From Candidatus Hydrogenedentota bacterium (GTDB lineage Bacteria > Hydrogenedentota > Hydrogenedentia > Hydrogenedentales > SLHB01), in the NCBI GenBank assembly GCA_007130675.1, contig SLSB01000312.1, forward strand, positions 1 through 30,899: a stretch of DNA of 30,899 nt, written 5' to 3'. Made by a program: the position numbers and the translations under genes. Shown here piece after piece: positions 8,497 through 18,531 of this stretch (positions within the stretch are counted from its first letter, which is position 1; each line of letters begins with the position of its first letter). Below the pieces are notes generated by a model. That model made no database searches, was not told where the DNA came from, and worked only from the letters and a program-made list of their open reading frames with translations.

Positions 8497-9363
8497 TCAG
8501 TTTTCAACGGCTTTGGCCTGGGAGTACTCCCGCCTGCGCAGGGCCACGACGGTCAGGGCGATAAACACAACAGTGATCACGAGCAACACGACGGCGGCCT
8601 TGGTGGCGCCCACGAGAAACTGGGTCTTTTGAAACTCGGCCAGGGCGGTCCGGAACACGGGGGTCGCACGGGCTTGGGGCAATGGCGGCAACACCGCGGC
8701 CACGTATTTCTCGATGGTGAAGAAATCGACCAGTCCGGGGACATAGAGTGCCAGCCGCTGCCAGCCGAAAAGCGCGGCGATGCCGACAACGATAGGCCGC
8801 TTGAAACAGGCGCCGAGCCACATGCAGAACGCGCCGTAAACCAACAGGCCTGCAACCAGAGCGGCGTCGTAGTGAAGCATGAGCCGCAGATGCGCTCCCG
8901 AAAAAGAGAAGTTGCCCAATGAGGTGCAGGCGGCAAAGGTGAGGAAGACTCCGGGTACAATCAGGGCCGTGGTCACCAGCATGAACGCCGTAAGACGCCC
9001 GAGCGCCACGGCAGAACGGGGGACCGGCCGCGTCAACCAATAGGGAATGATCTGGGATTCCACGTCTTCCCCGATCAACATGGTGCCAAAAAACAGCGCC
9101 AGTAAAGGCACAAGGGTTTTGACGTAGATGTCTTCGACAAGGGTCACGAATATTCTTCCGCCTTCGTGGCCAAATGCGCCCTCTGTGAACACGGCCAGCA
9201 GCAGCGGGATAATCACCGGCGCCAAGGCGATGACACCGGCCAGAACGGTCCGTTTACGCCGCAGCATCGTCAAGGCGGCATGATGGGCGGCCGCCGCAAC
9301 ATAGCGCGGGTATGGGGCTTTTCCCAGCGGCAATCTCTCGCTTATTTCTCGTGCTTCGCTCAC
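8497..9363 (-). CDS. ABC-2-type transporter permease (288 aa)
   Basis: About six hydrophobic helices, GEDVESQIIPYWLTRPVPR motif; GTG at 9363 with AGGAG RBS just after the ATPase stop. Confidence 0.85.
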   Translation of the reverse strand: MSEAREISERLPLGKAPYPRYVAAAAHHAALTMLRRKRTVLAGVIALAPVIIPLLLAVFTEGAFGHEGGRIFVTLVEDIYVKTLVPLLALFFGTMLIGEDVESQIIPYWLTRPVPRSAVALGRLTAFMLVTTALIVPGVFLTFAACTSLGNFSFSGAHLRLMLHYDAALVAGLLVYGAFCMWLGACFKRPIVVGIAALFGWQRLALYVPGLVDFFTIEKYVAAVLPPLPQARATPVFRTALAEFQKTQFLVGATKAAVVLLVITVVFIALTVVALRRREYSQAKAVEN

Positions 9364-9370
9364 GGCGCTC

Positions 9371-10288
9371 CTACCGGACCAAATATTGAAAGACAGACTG
9401 CAAATCCGCATCCGCGCATGCGAAACTGCTCACATCCACGGCGTTTTCCGCAATCAATTGGTTGAGTTTATCGAAAAACCCGTTCGGGTCGCGTGTGCGC
9501 ACGGTGACGCGGCCGTCTTCGAACGCGATGCTCAGGGTGGCGTTTTCCTGGGCGAAATGGGAAGCCAGCTTTCGCGGGGACGCGCACTCGACCGTCACGG
9601 CGAGGGGGTGTTCGTCCATCATTTCGCGGACATCCTGCACTTTGCCTCGCGCAAGGATGCATCCGTTGTGGAGCAGCACCATATGGTTGGTTACCCGCTC
9701 GATTTCGTAGAGAATGTGGCTCGAGACAATCACGGTCCGGCCCTCGGCGCCCAGTTCGCGGATGAGCGCAAACATTTCCTCGCGCCCTTCAGGGTCGAGT
9801 CCGGCCATGGGTTCATCGAGAAAGAGCAGATCGGCCGGCGGGGCGAGGGCCTGGGCGATCTTGATGCGCTGGCGCATGCCCCGGCTGTAGGTCTCGATGA
9901 CGTCGTCCATGCGCTCGGTCATCCTGACGCGCTCACAGGCATCCTCTGCGCGTTTGGCGGCTTCGCCGCTTGCCATGCCGTAGAACCGGTTCATCCAATA
10001 CACGAACTCGTAGCCGGTGGTATTGTCGGGAAACCGGTCGAACTCGGGACAGTATCCGATACGCCGCAGCACGTCCATGTTGTTTCGCGGCGCTTCGCCA
10101 AAGACCGTGATAACGCCTCGGCTTGGGCTGTAAAGCCCGAGGGCGAGCTTGATGAACGTGCTCTTGCCGGCTCCGTTGGGGCCAAGGAGTCCGGTTACTC
10201 CCGGTTCAATGGCCACGTCGAGGTTGTTGACTGCGACGACCTCGCCAAACCATTTTGACAGAGCTTCGGCTTGGATGATCGCGCTCAT
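9371..10288 (-). CDS. ABC transporter ATP-binding protein (305 aa)
   Basis: GPNGAGKST, YSRGMRQR, LLFLDEP and SSH motifs; ATGA overlap with the upstream permease stop. Confidence 0.95.
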   Translation of the reverse strand: MSAIIQAEALSKWFGEVVAVNNLDVAIEPGVTGLLGPNGAGKSTFIKLALGLYSPSRGVITVFGEAPRNNMDVLRRIGYCPEFDRFPDNTTGYEFVYWMNRFYGMASGEAAKRAEDACERVRMTERMDDVIETYSRGMRQRIKIAQALAPPADLLFLDEPMAGLDPEGREEMFALIRELGAEGRTVIVSSHILYEIERVTNHMVLLHNGCILARGKVQDVREMMDEHPLAVTVECASPRKLASHFAQENATLSIAFEDGRVTVRTRDPNGFFDKLNQLIAENAVDVSSFACADADLQSVFQYLVR

Positions 10289-11160
10289 GATGCACGCTCG
10301 GCGCGTCTGATTTCGGCGGCGATTGCCCAGTAACAGGCCAGGCAAACCATTGCGATGAACAGAGTCGGCCACCCCCAATGCAATGGAAAGCTCTTCCTGG
10401 GTTCGGCGAACAGCGTTTCCCCGATGCGGTTCACTGCCGCCGGAAGCGACAAGACGGCAAAATTGGGGTTGCGGATGGGTCCGGCCAAGGTCCGGCCCAA
10501 CACCGAACTGCCGAATAGGACAGCAAAGACCGCGATTCCGGCGTAGCGCTGGCTTGAGAAGAGGGCAGAACTCGCCAGCACCCCCAGTGTGCAGGGCAAT
10601 ACGATACAGGCCGAGAATGCAATAATAGAGAAAGGTATCCAGTAGGTGTCCCTCAGCGTTTCGATGCCCGGCGCCAGCAGGTTGTGCAGTATCACCAGAA
10701 ATATGCCGGGGACTGCTGTCAGCAGCGTTCCTATAAGAACCAGCGGGATGATTTTCCCTGCGATGTAGTCCAAGCGTGTCAGGGGTTTCGAGAAGTAGAT
10801 TTCGATCAGGTTGTCGCGGAAATCATTGCAGATCATGCCCGAGCCCGCGTACAGCGTGACGATAAACACGAGTGGACTTTGGATGCGGAGAAAGTCGAAG
10901 AAGGTACGCTCGCTCACCCTCATCATTTCCATATTTCTGAGTGTCAACAGAATCGGACTTTGCTGCGCCGTGCTCATCATGTCGTACAGGGTGATTTGAA
11001 AAACACGGAAACTCAGATGAATTACGGCAATAACAAGCAGAGAGACGAACATTCGCGAACTGGCCAATACGCGCAGCTCTTGCTTGACCATCACCCACCA
11101 CCGGAACCCCTGCAGGACCTGGCCGTCAAATGCGCGGTATGTTCGCTGGTAGACCGGCAC
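10285..11160 (-). CDS. ABC-2-type transporter permease
   Basis: Multiple hydrophobic helices; YFSKPLTRLDYIAGK motif; flanked by ABC ATPases. Confidence 0.88.
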   Translation of the reverse strand: MPVYQRTYRAFDGQVLQGFRWWVMVKQELRVLASSRMFVSLLVIAVIHLSFRVFQITLYDMMSTAQQSPILLTLRNMEMMRVSERTFFDFLRIQSPLVFIVTLYAGSGMICNDFRDNLIEIYFSKPLTRLDYIAGKIIPLVLIGTLLTAVPGIFLVILHNLLAPGIETLRDTYWIPFSIIAFSACIVLPCTLGVLASSALFSSQRYAGIAVFAVLFGSSVLGRTLAGPIRNPNFAVLSLPAAVNRIGETLFAEPRKSFPLHWGWPTLFIAMVCLACYWAIAAEIRRAERAS

Positions 11161-12075
11161 CTAATTTCTCCCGATGGCCTGCATGAACACTTCCTCGAGA
11201 CGGTGGCGCACCGGCACGAAGTGGCGCACCTGGGTGCCTTTCGCGCGCGCCAGCTCGAAGAACTCACGTGGGTTCATCGCCGGCGGTTTCGCCACCAGCA
11301 GGTTGCCGTTGGGCTGGGTGTGCAGGGTGCATCCGGCGTGGGCCAGGGCCTGGCGAAACGCTTGTTTGTTCTCGCGCACACTAAGCTCGAAAAGATTCTC
11401 TCGCGCGGACGTGAGCGCACGAATCGAACCCTCGCGGACGATCTGCCCCTGGTGAATGACTAGTACCTGTTCACACACGTGCTCGACGTCGGGAAGCAGA
11501 TGCGACGATAGCACTACCGTAACCCCGCGTCTGACCACCAGTTCCTTGATCAGTTCGAGCATCTCGATGCGGCCCTCCGGGTCGAGGCCGTTGGTAGGCT
11601 CATCGAGGAGCAGGAGCTTGGGATCATGCACCAGCGCCTGCGCAAATTTGATCCGCTGGGCCATGCCGGTGGAATAGGTTTGCATTTTCCGGTAACGGCT
11701 GTCGCCCGCGCCAACGTAGTTGAGAACTTCATGCGCGCGTTCCATGGCGTCGGCCCGCTTCATGCCAAACAACTGCCCGCAGTACGTGAGGAATGACACG
11801 GCACTGACGTTGCGGGCAACGATTTCACGCTCGGGCATGTATCCCAACCGCTGCCGGGCGGCGAGGGCCTCCTGGGGAAGGCGGTGTCCAAACACCGACG
11901 CCTCGCCGGCGTCGGCGCGGATAAAGCCGAGCAATGTCTTGAGGAGCGTGCTCTTCCCCGCGCCATTTGGCCCGAGAAGCCCCACGCCGCCTCCTTCAAT
12001 GGAACACGTTGCGCCCTGAAGCGCCTTCGTCGCGCCATAGGACACTTCCACGCCGTTCAGTTCGATAATGGCCAT
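11161..12075 (-). CDS. ABC transporter ATP-binding protein
   Basis: GPNGAGKST, YSTGMAQR, LLLLDEP and SSH motifs. Confidence 0.95.
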   Translation of the reverse strand: MAIIELNGVEVSYGATKALQGATCSIEGGGVGLLGPNGAGKSTLLKTLLGFIRADAGEASVFGHRLPQEALAARQRLGYMPEREIVARNVSAVSFLTYCGQLFGMKRADAMERAHEVLNYVGAGDSRYRKMQTYSTGMAQRIKFAQALVHDPKLLLLDEPTNGLDPEGRIEMLELIKELVVRRGVTVVLSSHLLPDVEHVCEQVLVIHQGQIVREGSIRALTSARENLFELSVRENKQAFRQALAHAGCTLHTQPNGNLLVAKPPAMNPREFFELARAKGTQVRHFVPVRHRLEEVFMQAIGRN

Positions 12076-12082
12076 ACTGCGT

Positions 12083-15025
12083 TTACGGTCCCGGCACGCT
12101 GATGTTCAGGTCAACAGTTTCGCTGCCCCGAACGCGCACGTTCTGGGTGGTCCGCGGGCGGCCTGTGCCCGACATGGCCTCACCAATGTTCACATACATA
12201 ATGTCGAGCTGATACTCACCGTCGGGACAGTTTTCGATCTGGAAGGAGCCGTCGCTTCGGATAGAGGCCATGCCGATCACCGAAGCGCCTCCACCCATGT
12301 CCTGCCCGCCAAACCATTGGGTTGGGTCGGTCAGGTTCATCCCTTCCATGCCGCCGGATGTGCCGGGAACGCGCAATACCGCGAATCCCATGAGACCGTC
12401 GGCAGGAGGCGGCGAGCAGACCCCTTGCACCGTCGCGCCGCCGCCTTCTTCGCCGAAATTGTGCACGGTGGTCTCACCCTCGCGAATATGGACTTGGGCG
12501 TGCATGGGCGCGAACAGATCGGACGGGCCTCCCTCGAGCGATACGGCAACCGCCCTGTAGGTTCCTTCGGCTAAACCGTCAATAAGATACTGGCCGTTTT
12601 GGTCGGCCGAGGACATCTCGCTGACGCCGTTGCCGGTCACCGTGACGATCGCTCCCGGAAGATACGAGCCGCCTCGGGCAACGTAGCCCTGCAGGCGTCC
12701 TCCGGCGCCAAGCGTGACGACAACGCCCGACACCGTGCGGCCCTGGCTGACTTGCACGGGGCCGCTCGAACCCTGGGCATACCCTTCGGCCTGGGCAAAC
12801 ACCGTGTAGGCGCCGTCAGCAAGATTGCGGAACTCGAAACGGCCGTCCGAGCCAACCTGCACCCCCTGCCGCTGTGTTCGGGCCACCATATCGACGAGGC
12901 GTCCAGACTGCGGTTCGCCCGTTCCGCTCACCCATGCGGTGGCCCCGGGGGGAATCCGGCCATACGCTGTTTGTACTTGTCCCTCGATCACCCCGCCTGC
13001 CTGGCTTACATAAAGCGTGAGGCCGTGCACACGCTGGCCCTCGGTCACGGTGACATCCTGCCGAGCAGGCGTCAACCCTTGCGCACTGGCTTCGATGGTA
13101 TAGGCGCCCGCCGCCAATGGCAGCTCGAAACTGCCGTCAGGATTGCTGAAACTCCGCCCCTCGCGGGGATCGGACGAGGACAATAGAGCAAGGCGCGCGC
13201 CTTCGCCCTCGGATGCCAGGGGTATGGCACGAACGCTGTATCGCTCCGGCGGCCGGCCGGTTTCGCGCACCAGGACCGTGCCCTGCACAGCGCCGCTCGC
13301 CTCCATGACGATGTTGGTCGGCTCGTCCATCCGTACGTCATTGACTTGTTTGGTTGAATAGCCCTCTTTTTGGGCAGTGAGCATGAGAAACCCCGACTCG
13401 ACCCCATAAAACCCGAACTCGCCCCGCGCGTCGGTGCGTGTGTTCAGGTCCGTCGCGCTCATTGATTCGGTTCCCAAGCCGGTCAACGTGATGTTGGCGT
13501 CCCCGATCGGGCGCCCGGAGGCGTCCATCACGGCGCCATAGACCACATACCGGCCGGTATGGGCAGCCGACAGTACCACATCGAATCCGTGTATGTCTCG
13601 GAACCCGTCGGCGTAGAGCGGGTCGCCCATCAAGATGGTCTTGTAGCCGTCTTTTTGCGCCATGACTTGATAATCGCCGGGTGGAAGGTTGGCAATAACG
13701 AAGCTGCCGTCATTGTCCGTTCTTGTCTGGCGGACGGCGGGGGCTTCGTTCAAGCGTTGGAACAGCTTCGAGTAAGTAGGCAAACACGCCGTCTCCGCCT
13801 GAGGCACTGGGCGTCCGTCCTGGTCAATAACACGCCCGTACACGTTGGTTCCCGGCATGATGTGAATGTCCACGCGTACCGAGCGGGCGGATTCCGTAAG
13901 AATAAACGGATCGGTAAGCTGTGGCGCATAGTCCTGCGAGTCGGCATAGACGCGCCATTCCGTATCGAGCGGTACGCCGACGAGTTCATAGTAGCCATCG
14001 TTTTCGGACCGGTTGTTCAGGGGGGGCGTCCGCTGAACAGCGGCATCCACGACCTGGGTGATCAAGCTGTCCGAGGTGCACAAGTACACCTGCGCGTTTG
14101 TGACGGGAGACTGATCATGGTCGGTGATGTAGCCCCACACGATGCCTGCCGCGGAGAGTGCAAAGTCAATGCCTCCGACCTCTTGTTCGGGGGATTCGAT
14201 GACGACGTTGCGCACGGGAATTTGGCCGGGCGCCCTGTAAGGCTGTCCAGCAAGATCGATAGACACCTGGTAACTGCCCGGCACCAACCCGCTGATTTCG
14301 TAGTTGCCATCGGATACGGACTCGGCTTCCGCGTTTGGTGTTGCGGTATTGCTGCTGGCATGGACCACAATCAGCGGGATGCCTCTGTTGCTTCCCGTCT
14401 CGGTGATTCGTCCCGAGATTGATGCGCCTCGGGATAGCGACACGTCGAAGCGCACTTCCGAAGCCGTTCCTTCAGGAAACTCGATAAGCTCGCGGTGGGG
14501 AACAAAACCGCTGCGGACGACTTCAAGCGAATAGCGGCCCGGGCCGAGAGCGGGCAGCGCATACTGCCCTTGCACGTTCGTCCGGGTGCTGCGGCGTGCG
14601 CCTGGGCGCACACGCCGGGGAGGTTGTGTGCCTGAGGCGCTTGTTTCGGGCTCGTCGCCGTCGTCTTCCTGAAAACGCTCTGCCAGCGCCGAGCGGACAT
14701 GGGCGTCTTTGATAGGCCTGCCTGAGTCGGCTTCCCGCACGATCCCAAAGAAAACGTAGCGTTGCTCTTCGGTCTCTCCATGTTCTACGTCTTCCAAGGA
14801 CAAATCAGTATGTGCCGCCCCGCGTCCGAAAACCCCGGTACGGCGAGATTGGGCAGTTCTATCATCGGGGCGATCGCTGTACGAGATCGTCGACGGGCTT
14901 GGAGGGGGTTCGCGGCGCGGCGCGAAAAGCAGCGCCAGAACAATGACCGCCCCCACAGCCACCCAAATGGCAACGATCTTCTGGAACGGCGTGAACCCTC
15001 CGGGTGCGTTGTAGTTTCGAACCAC
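12083..15025 (-). CDS. Membrane-anchored carboxypeptidase-regulatory-like (transthyretin-like beta-sandwich) repeat protein (980 aa)
   Basis: N-terminal TM IVAIWVAVGAVIVLALLFA; about nine modules of type G.V.D..G.P...A.V...T...G.F....L.PG.Y. Confidence 0.88.
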   Translation of the reverse strand: MVRNYNAPGGFTPFQKIVAIWVAVGAVIVLALLFAPRREPPPSPSTISYSDRPDDRTAQSRRTGVFGRGAAHTDLSLEDVEHGETEEQRYVFFGIVREADSGRPIKDAHVRSALAERFQEDDGDEPETSASGTQPPRRVRPGARRSTRTNVQGQYALPALGPGRYSLEVVRSGFVPHRELIEFPEGTASEVRFDVSLSRGASISGRITETGSNRGIPLIVVHASSNTATPNAEAESVSDGNYEISGLVPGSYQVSIDLAGQPYRAPGQIPVRNVVIESPEQEVGGIDFALSAAGIVWGYITDHDQSPVTNAQVYLCTSDSLITQVVDAAVQRTPPLNNRSENDGYYELVGVPLDTEWRVYADSQDYAPQLTDPFILTESARSVRVDIHIMPGTNVYGRVIDQDGRPVPQAETACLPTYSKLFQRLNEAPAVRQTRTDNDGSFVIANLPPGDYQVMAQKDGYKTILMGDPLYADGFRDIHGFDVVLSAAHTGRYVVYGAVMDASGRPIGDANITLTGLGTESMSATDLNTRTDARGEFGFYGVESGFLMLTAQKEGYSTKQVNDVRMDEPTNIVMEASGAVQGTVLVRETGRPPERYSVRAIPLASEGEGARLALLSSSDPREGRSFSNPDGSFELPLAAGAYTIEASAQGLTPARQDVTVTEGQRVHGLTLYVSQAGGVIEGQVQTAYGRIPPGATAWVSGTGEPQSGRLVDMVARTQRQGVQVGSDGRFEFRNLADGAYTVFAQAEGYAQGSSGPVQVSQGRTVSGVVVTLGAGGRLQGYVARGGSYLPGAIVTVTGNGVSEMSSADQNGQYLIDGLAEGTYRAVAVSLEGGPSDLFAPMHAQVHIREGETTVHNFGEEGGGATVQGVCSPPPADGLMGFAVLRVPGTSGGMEGMNLTDPTQWFGGQDMGGGASVIGMASIRSDGSFQIENCPDGEYQLDIMYVNIGEAMSGTGRPRTTQNVRVRGSETVDLNISVPGP

Positions 15026-15154
15026 GGCTCCCTCGATATCCAGGCTGACGGCTTCATCACGGGCTTTTGCCGGAAGAGCCGCTGAGCTAACACTTTATAC
15101 GTTTAGACGTTCCGTCTTGCCAAGGCGTTTCATTTTGCCGCCCGCAGTCATCAT

Positions 15155-15184
15155 ATGATACCGGGGAACAGGGGCGCCGTACAA
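15155..15184 (-). promoter_or_regulatory. Possible sigma70 promoter of the repeat-protein/ABC operon
   Basis: Minus strand TTGTAC, 18 bp, TATCAT. Confidence 0.4.
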
Positions 15185-15311
15185 ACGCGCGGAACCGCCG
15201 CCCGGTTGACGCCTTGTGAGGGTGCGGCACGTTCAGAACCAATGGGGAATGGCTGTTGGGCGACGTTATGATCATTTTCCGATGCGTGAACCCTCGATTC
15301 CAGCATCTGTG

Positions 15312-16361
15312 CTACACCCACTGAGCTTTTCGGAATACCTCCTCCATCAGGCGCATATCTTCGAGGCAGTCTTCACCGTTGGAGCAGGGCGTCATATCAT
15401 TCTTGATACAGGCGATAAAATGCTCTGCCTGTGCGCGAAACGCCCAATACGGTTCGCCATTCAGAATCTCGGTGGTGCGGGTCTGGCCGTTGTACACCTC
15501 GACCTGTGCGGCGTCCTGTTCGGCCATGGGGGCGGGGGTATTGACGCGCACCCAGCCGCGTTCGAAGTAGATCTCGGTCTTTTCGAGCCACCATTCGGAT
15601 TGCACGCTCACGCCATACAGGTTAACGAGAACCCCGCCACTCTCGAGGATCGTGCTTTGATTGAGAAGCCCTTCGCGCAGAAGCGCGCCCCGCACCGTCA
15701 GCTTTTCGGGGAACAAATATCGCACCAGGTTCACATTGTGCGCGAAGATATTCATGTACGTGTTGAAGGTGGCCTGCTGCGGCGGGGACATCCACTCCGG
15801 GTTGCGGGGAACAAAATTCGGCTGGGGAGGCACGGTTTCTTCCGTCATAATCGGGCGCTCGACGTTGCGCAGCCAATCGCCGCCCATGCACCATGCGTTG
15901 ACCAACTGGGTTTCGCCTAAGTCCCTAGTTTTGTAGGTGGCGTCGAGGCGCTGTTTCGCCAGGTTGACGCCTCGATCGTACCGTTTCATGAAGCCAATCA
16001 TGAGTTTGACGCCGGCATCGGAAGCGGCCTGGGCCATTTCTTCAGCCTCGACGAGGCTTCCTGCCATGGGTTTCTCGATGAAGACATGTTTGCCTGCTTT
16101 TAGAAGGGGGAGGGCAATGAACCCGTTCATAAGATGCGGCTGACTGGCGATAACCGCATCGATGTCCGGGTCTTCCGCCAGTTCGCGGTGGTTTGTGTAG
16201 ACCTTGTCGACCCCGTATTTCCGGGCGACCTCGCGCCCGAGTTCTCGCCGCGGTTCCGCGATGGCGATGACTTCGCAGTCCGGAATGCGCGCGTAGTTGC
16301 GTAGATGCGCCACCTGTCCCATGAAGCCGACGCCCGCAAATCCAACCTTGACCCTTCCCAT
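15312..16361 (-). CDS. Gfo/Idh/MocA family oxidoreductase (349 aa)
   Basis: VGFAGVGFMG Rossmann motif, HVFIEKPMA and GFMKRYD; start taken at ATG 16361. Confidence 0.92.
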   Translation of the reverse strand: MGRVKVGFAGVGFMGQVAHLRNYARIPDCEVIAIAEPRRELGREVARKYGVDKVYTNHRELAEDPDIDAVIASQPHLMNGFIALPLLKAGKHVFIEKPMAGSLVEAEEMAQAASDAGVKLMIGFMKRYDRGVNLAKQRLDATYKTRDLGETQLVNAWCMGGDWLRNVERPIMTEETVPPQPNFVPRNPEWMSPPQQATFNTYMNIFAHNVNLVRYLFPEKLTVRGALLREGLLNQSTILESGGVLVNLYGVSVQSEWWLEKTEIYFERGWVRVNTPAPMAEQDAAQVEVYNGQTRTTEILNGEPYWAFRAQAEHFIACIKNDMTPCSNGEDCLEDMRLMEEVFRKAQWV

Positions 16362-16508
16362 AGTGGCCGCCCTTTCCTGGAAAATGCCCCCTGATGCCAG
16401 GCACCATGCTAGACAGGACACGCAGAGGCGTCAACTTTGGCGTGCCGGCCAGCGTCTCGAACATAGAGGGCTTCGAGGTGTGGTTGAAGCTGCGAAAGGT
16501 GCGAACAG

Positions 16509-18530
16509 GTGCTGAGTCTTCCCGTAGGTGTGTTATGCGCGGTGCTGTCGGCAACGCGGCTCTGGACCGTCTCGAGTCTCGAGGATGTGTATTCGGACAG
16601 TGTACCGCCGCCGGGAGCGGAACCCGAGGTCCGGCTCTACGCGGCGCGGGGTGAATACGAGTCATTCCAGATTTGCGTGCGCTCTTCATTTCGCGGCATC
16701 GACGGCCTCGATGTTGACCCCGAGCCCCTCAGCGCGGAAATCGGACCTCCTGAAATCCGGCGCGTGGGATATCTGGCTGTTTCGGAGCCTTCCGCACGGG
16801 CCTTTGACGAACGGGCGGTCCGTGCCGACCCGCTCATGGCGTTCGAGCCGCTCTTTATCGAGCGAGACACGACCGCGGCGTTGTGGGTTACCTATTACGT
16901 GCCGCCGGAGTGCCCAGCAGGCGTCTACGAAGGACGAATCGGCATCCGCCTCGGCGGGCGGGCTAAACGTTACGTCAACGTGGCTATCGAGGTCTTTGAT
17001 TTTGAGATACCAGCCACGCCGAATGTCACCGTGGCCATGCAACTCGAGCCGGAGACGATTCGAACGTTCTTTGGCCTGTCTGGCGACACCCTCGAGGAGT
17101 GGCGGCCGTTCTACGACGCCCTTGCTCCGTGGCGGATTGCGTATAACGCCGCCCCGCGCTTTCCAGACACGCCCGGCGGGATGGACCCATATCTCGAGAA
17201 CGTCCTTTATTCTGCGGCCAGTGCCCGCATGCCCGCGATCCGCCTCGGCATGGGGGAAACTCTGGCTAATCGTCTGACCAACACTTCCTCGTCAGCGGTT
17301 TCTCTGCAGACGGCCGCCGCAGCGCTGGCCAATCAGGGATGGGGGCGCCGCGGCTATGCCGAGCCATTGCCGCCGCTGCCGCGCTCGCACTGGCCGGAAA
17401 CCAAGCTTAGTTACAACCGGTTCAGGGATGCCGTTCCTTCGGTAAAGCGTTTGCTGCGTGGCGCGCCGCATCCTGAACTTGAAGCGCTTGCCGAGATCTG
17501 GGTGTTGCCGCTTCAGTTTTTCGATCCTATTGCGATACAACGCCTTCGCATGGGTATGGCCATGTCGGCTGAACCTGCCCATCCACTCGAGGCGGCCCGG
17601 GCGTCCTCGAGTGCCCGCATCCCGACGCCGGATATGCCCTATGCGGCTGCCCCGTCGGATGCATACGATGGAAGTCTTTATACAGCATGGGTTTCCGAGG
17701 TTCCTCCTGCGCGAGAATCGCCCCAATGGCTCGAGCTGCGGCTGCAAGAGCCGGTATCTACGAAGACGATCCGGGTGGGCTGGCGCATTGGCCAGGAAGC
17801 CGCCGATCCGCGGGTGAGACTCGCCACGGATGAGAGACAGTGGAACATTGCCCAGATACGCTGGACGCATTACCTTTCAGACACGCCGTATGACCCAAGC
17901 TGGTCGGAGGGAGTCTTCGATCGTGTCAAAACGTTCAGAGGCATACGCTTCGAGTTTACCTCAACCCTGACGGGTGCGCCGGTGAGCGTCACGGGGGTCG
18001 AGCTTGGCCGCCCGCCAGACCCGGCCTCGATCGCGTATCTTTCTGGAGGCGCACGCGTGTGGCTCGAACAGGGGACCATGTCGTTCCCGTCGTTCCATGC
18101 CGATGCGCACCCGGTGGAGGCGCGCCTCGGCCCCTGGATGTGCTGGGGGCATGAACTGGATGGGCTGTTCGGGCAGCCGCTCAACCGCTGGCCGGAAGCG
18201 TGGAAACAGCTCGATACCCCAACACCTGAGACGTGGCCTGCAGCGGGTTCTGGTGAACAGTTTCTGGTCTATCCCGCGGCCGGCACGCTGGCCCCGTCAA
18301 CCCGTTTATACCGGCTTCGTGATGGCCTTGAAGACTTCGAGTACATACAAGCGGCACGTGAAGCGGGCCTGTATGACCGGCTGTTCGCCCCGAACACCAT
18401 GCATGTGTGCCGCTGGGAGCATTATGATTCCGATGTTGACCGTGTTAAACTCGACGCGATGACGACTGAACTTCAGCAATTGCGCATTGCTATCGGCCGC
18501 GCGCTGACGCGAGCGGCCAGGGAGAATTGA
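16509..18530 (+). CDS. GH123/DUF4091-like exported protein with inserted F5/8 type C (discoidin/CBM32-like) module
   Basis: N-terminal YAARGEYESFQI, IRRVGY and DPL; C-terminal LVYP..STRLYRLRDGLEDFEY; internal AYDGSLYTAW..PQWLELRL; GTG start is uncertain. Confidence 0.72.
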   Translation: MLSLPVGVLCAVLSATRLWTVSSLEDVYSDSVPPPGAEPEVRLYAARGEYESFQICVRSSFRGIDGLDVDPEPLSAEIGPPEIRRVGYLAVSEPSARAFDERAVRADPLMAFEPLFIERDTTAALWVTYYVPPECPAGVYEGRIGIRLGGRAKRYVNVAIEVFDFEIPATPNVTVAMQLEPETIRTFFGLSGDTLEEWRPFYDALAPWRIAYNAAPRFPDTPGGMDPYLENVLYSAASARMPAIRLGMGETLANRLTNTSSSAVSLQTAAAALANQGWGRRGYAEPLPPLPRSHWPETKLSYNRFRDAVPSVKRLLRGAPHPELEALAEIWVLPLQFFDPIAIQRLRMGMAMSAEPAHPLEAARASSSARIPTPDMPYAAAPSDAYDGSLYTAWVSEVPPARESPQWLELRLQEPVSTKTIRVGWRIGQEAADPRVRLATDERQWNIAQIRWTHYLSDTPYDPSWSEGVFDRVKTFRGIRFEFTSTLTGAPVSVTGVELGRPPDPASIAYLSGGARVWLEQGTMSFPSFHADAHPVEARLGPWMCWGHELDGLFGQPLNRWPEAWKQLDTPTPETWPAAGSGEQFLVYPAAGTLAPSTRLYRLRDGLEDFEYIQAAREAGLYDRLFAPNTMHVCRWEHYDSDVDRVKLDAMTTELQQLRIAIGRALTRAAREN

Positions 18531-18531
18531 C

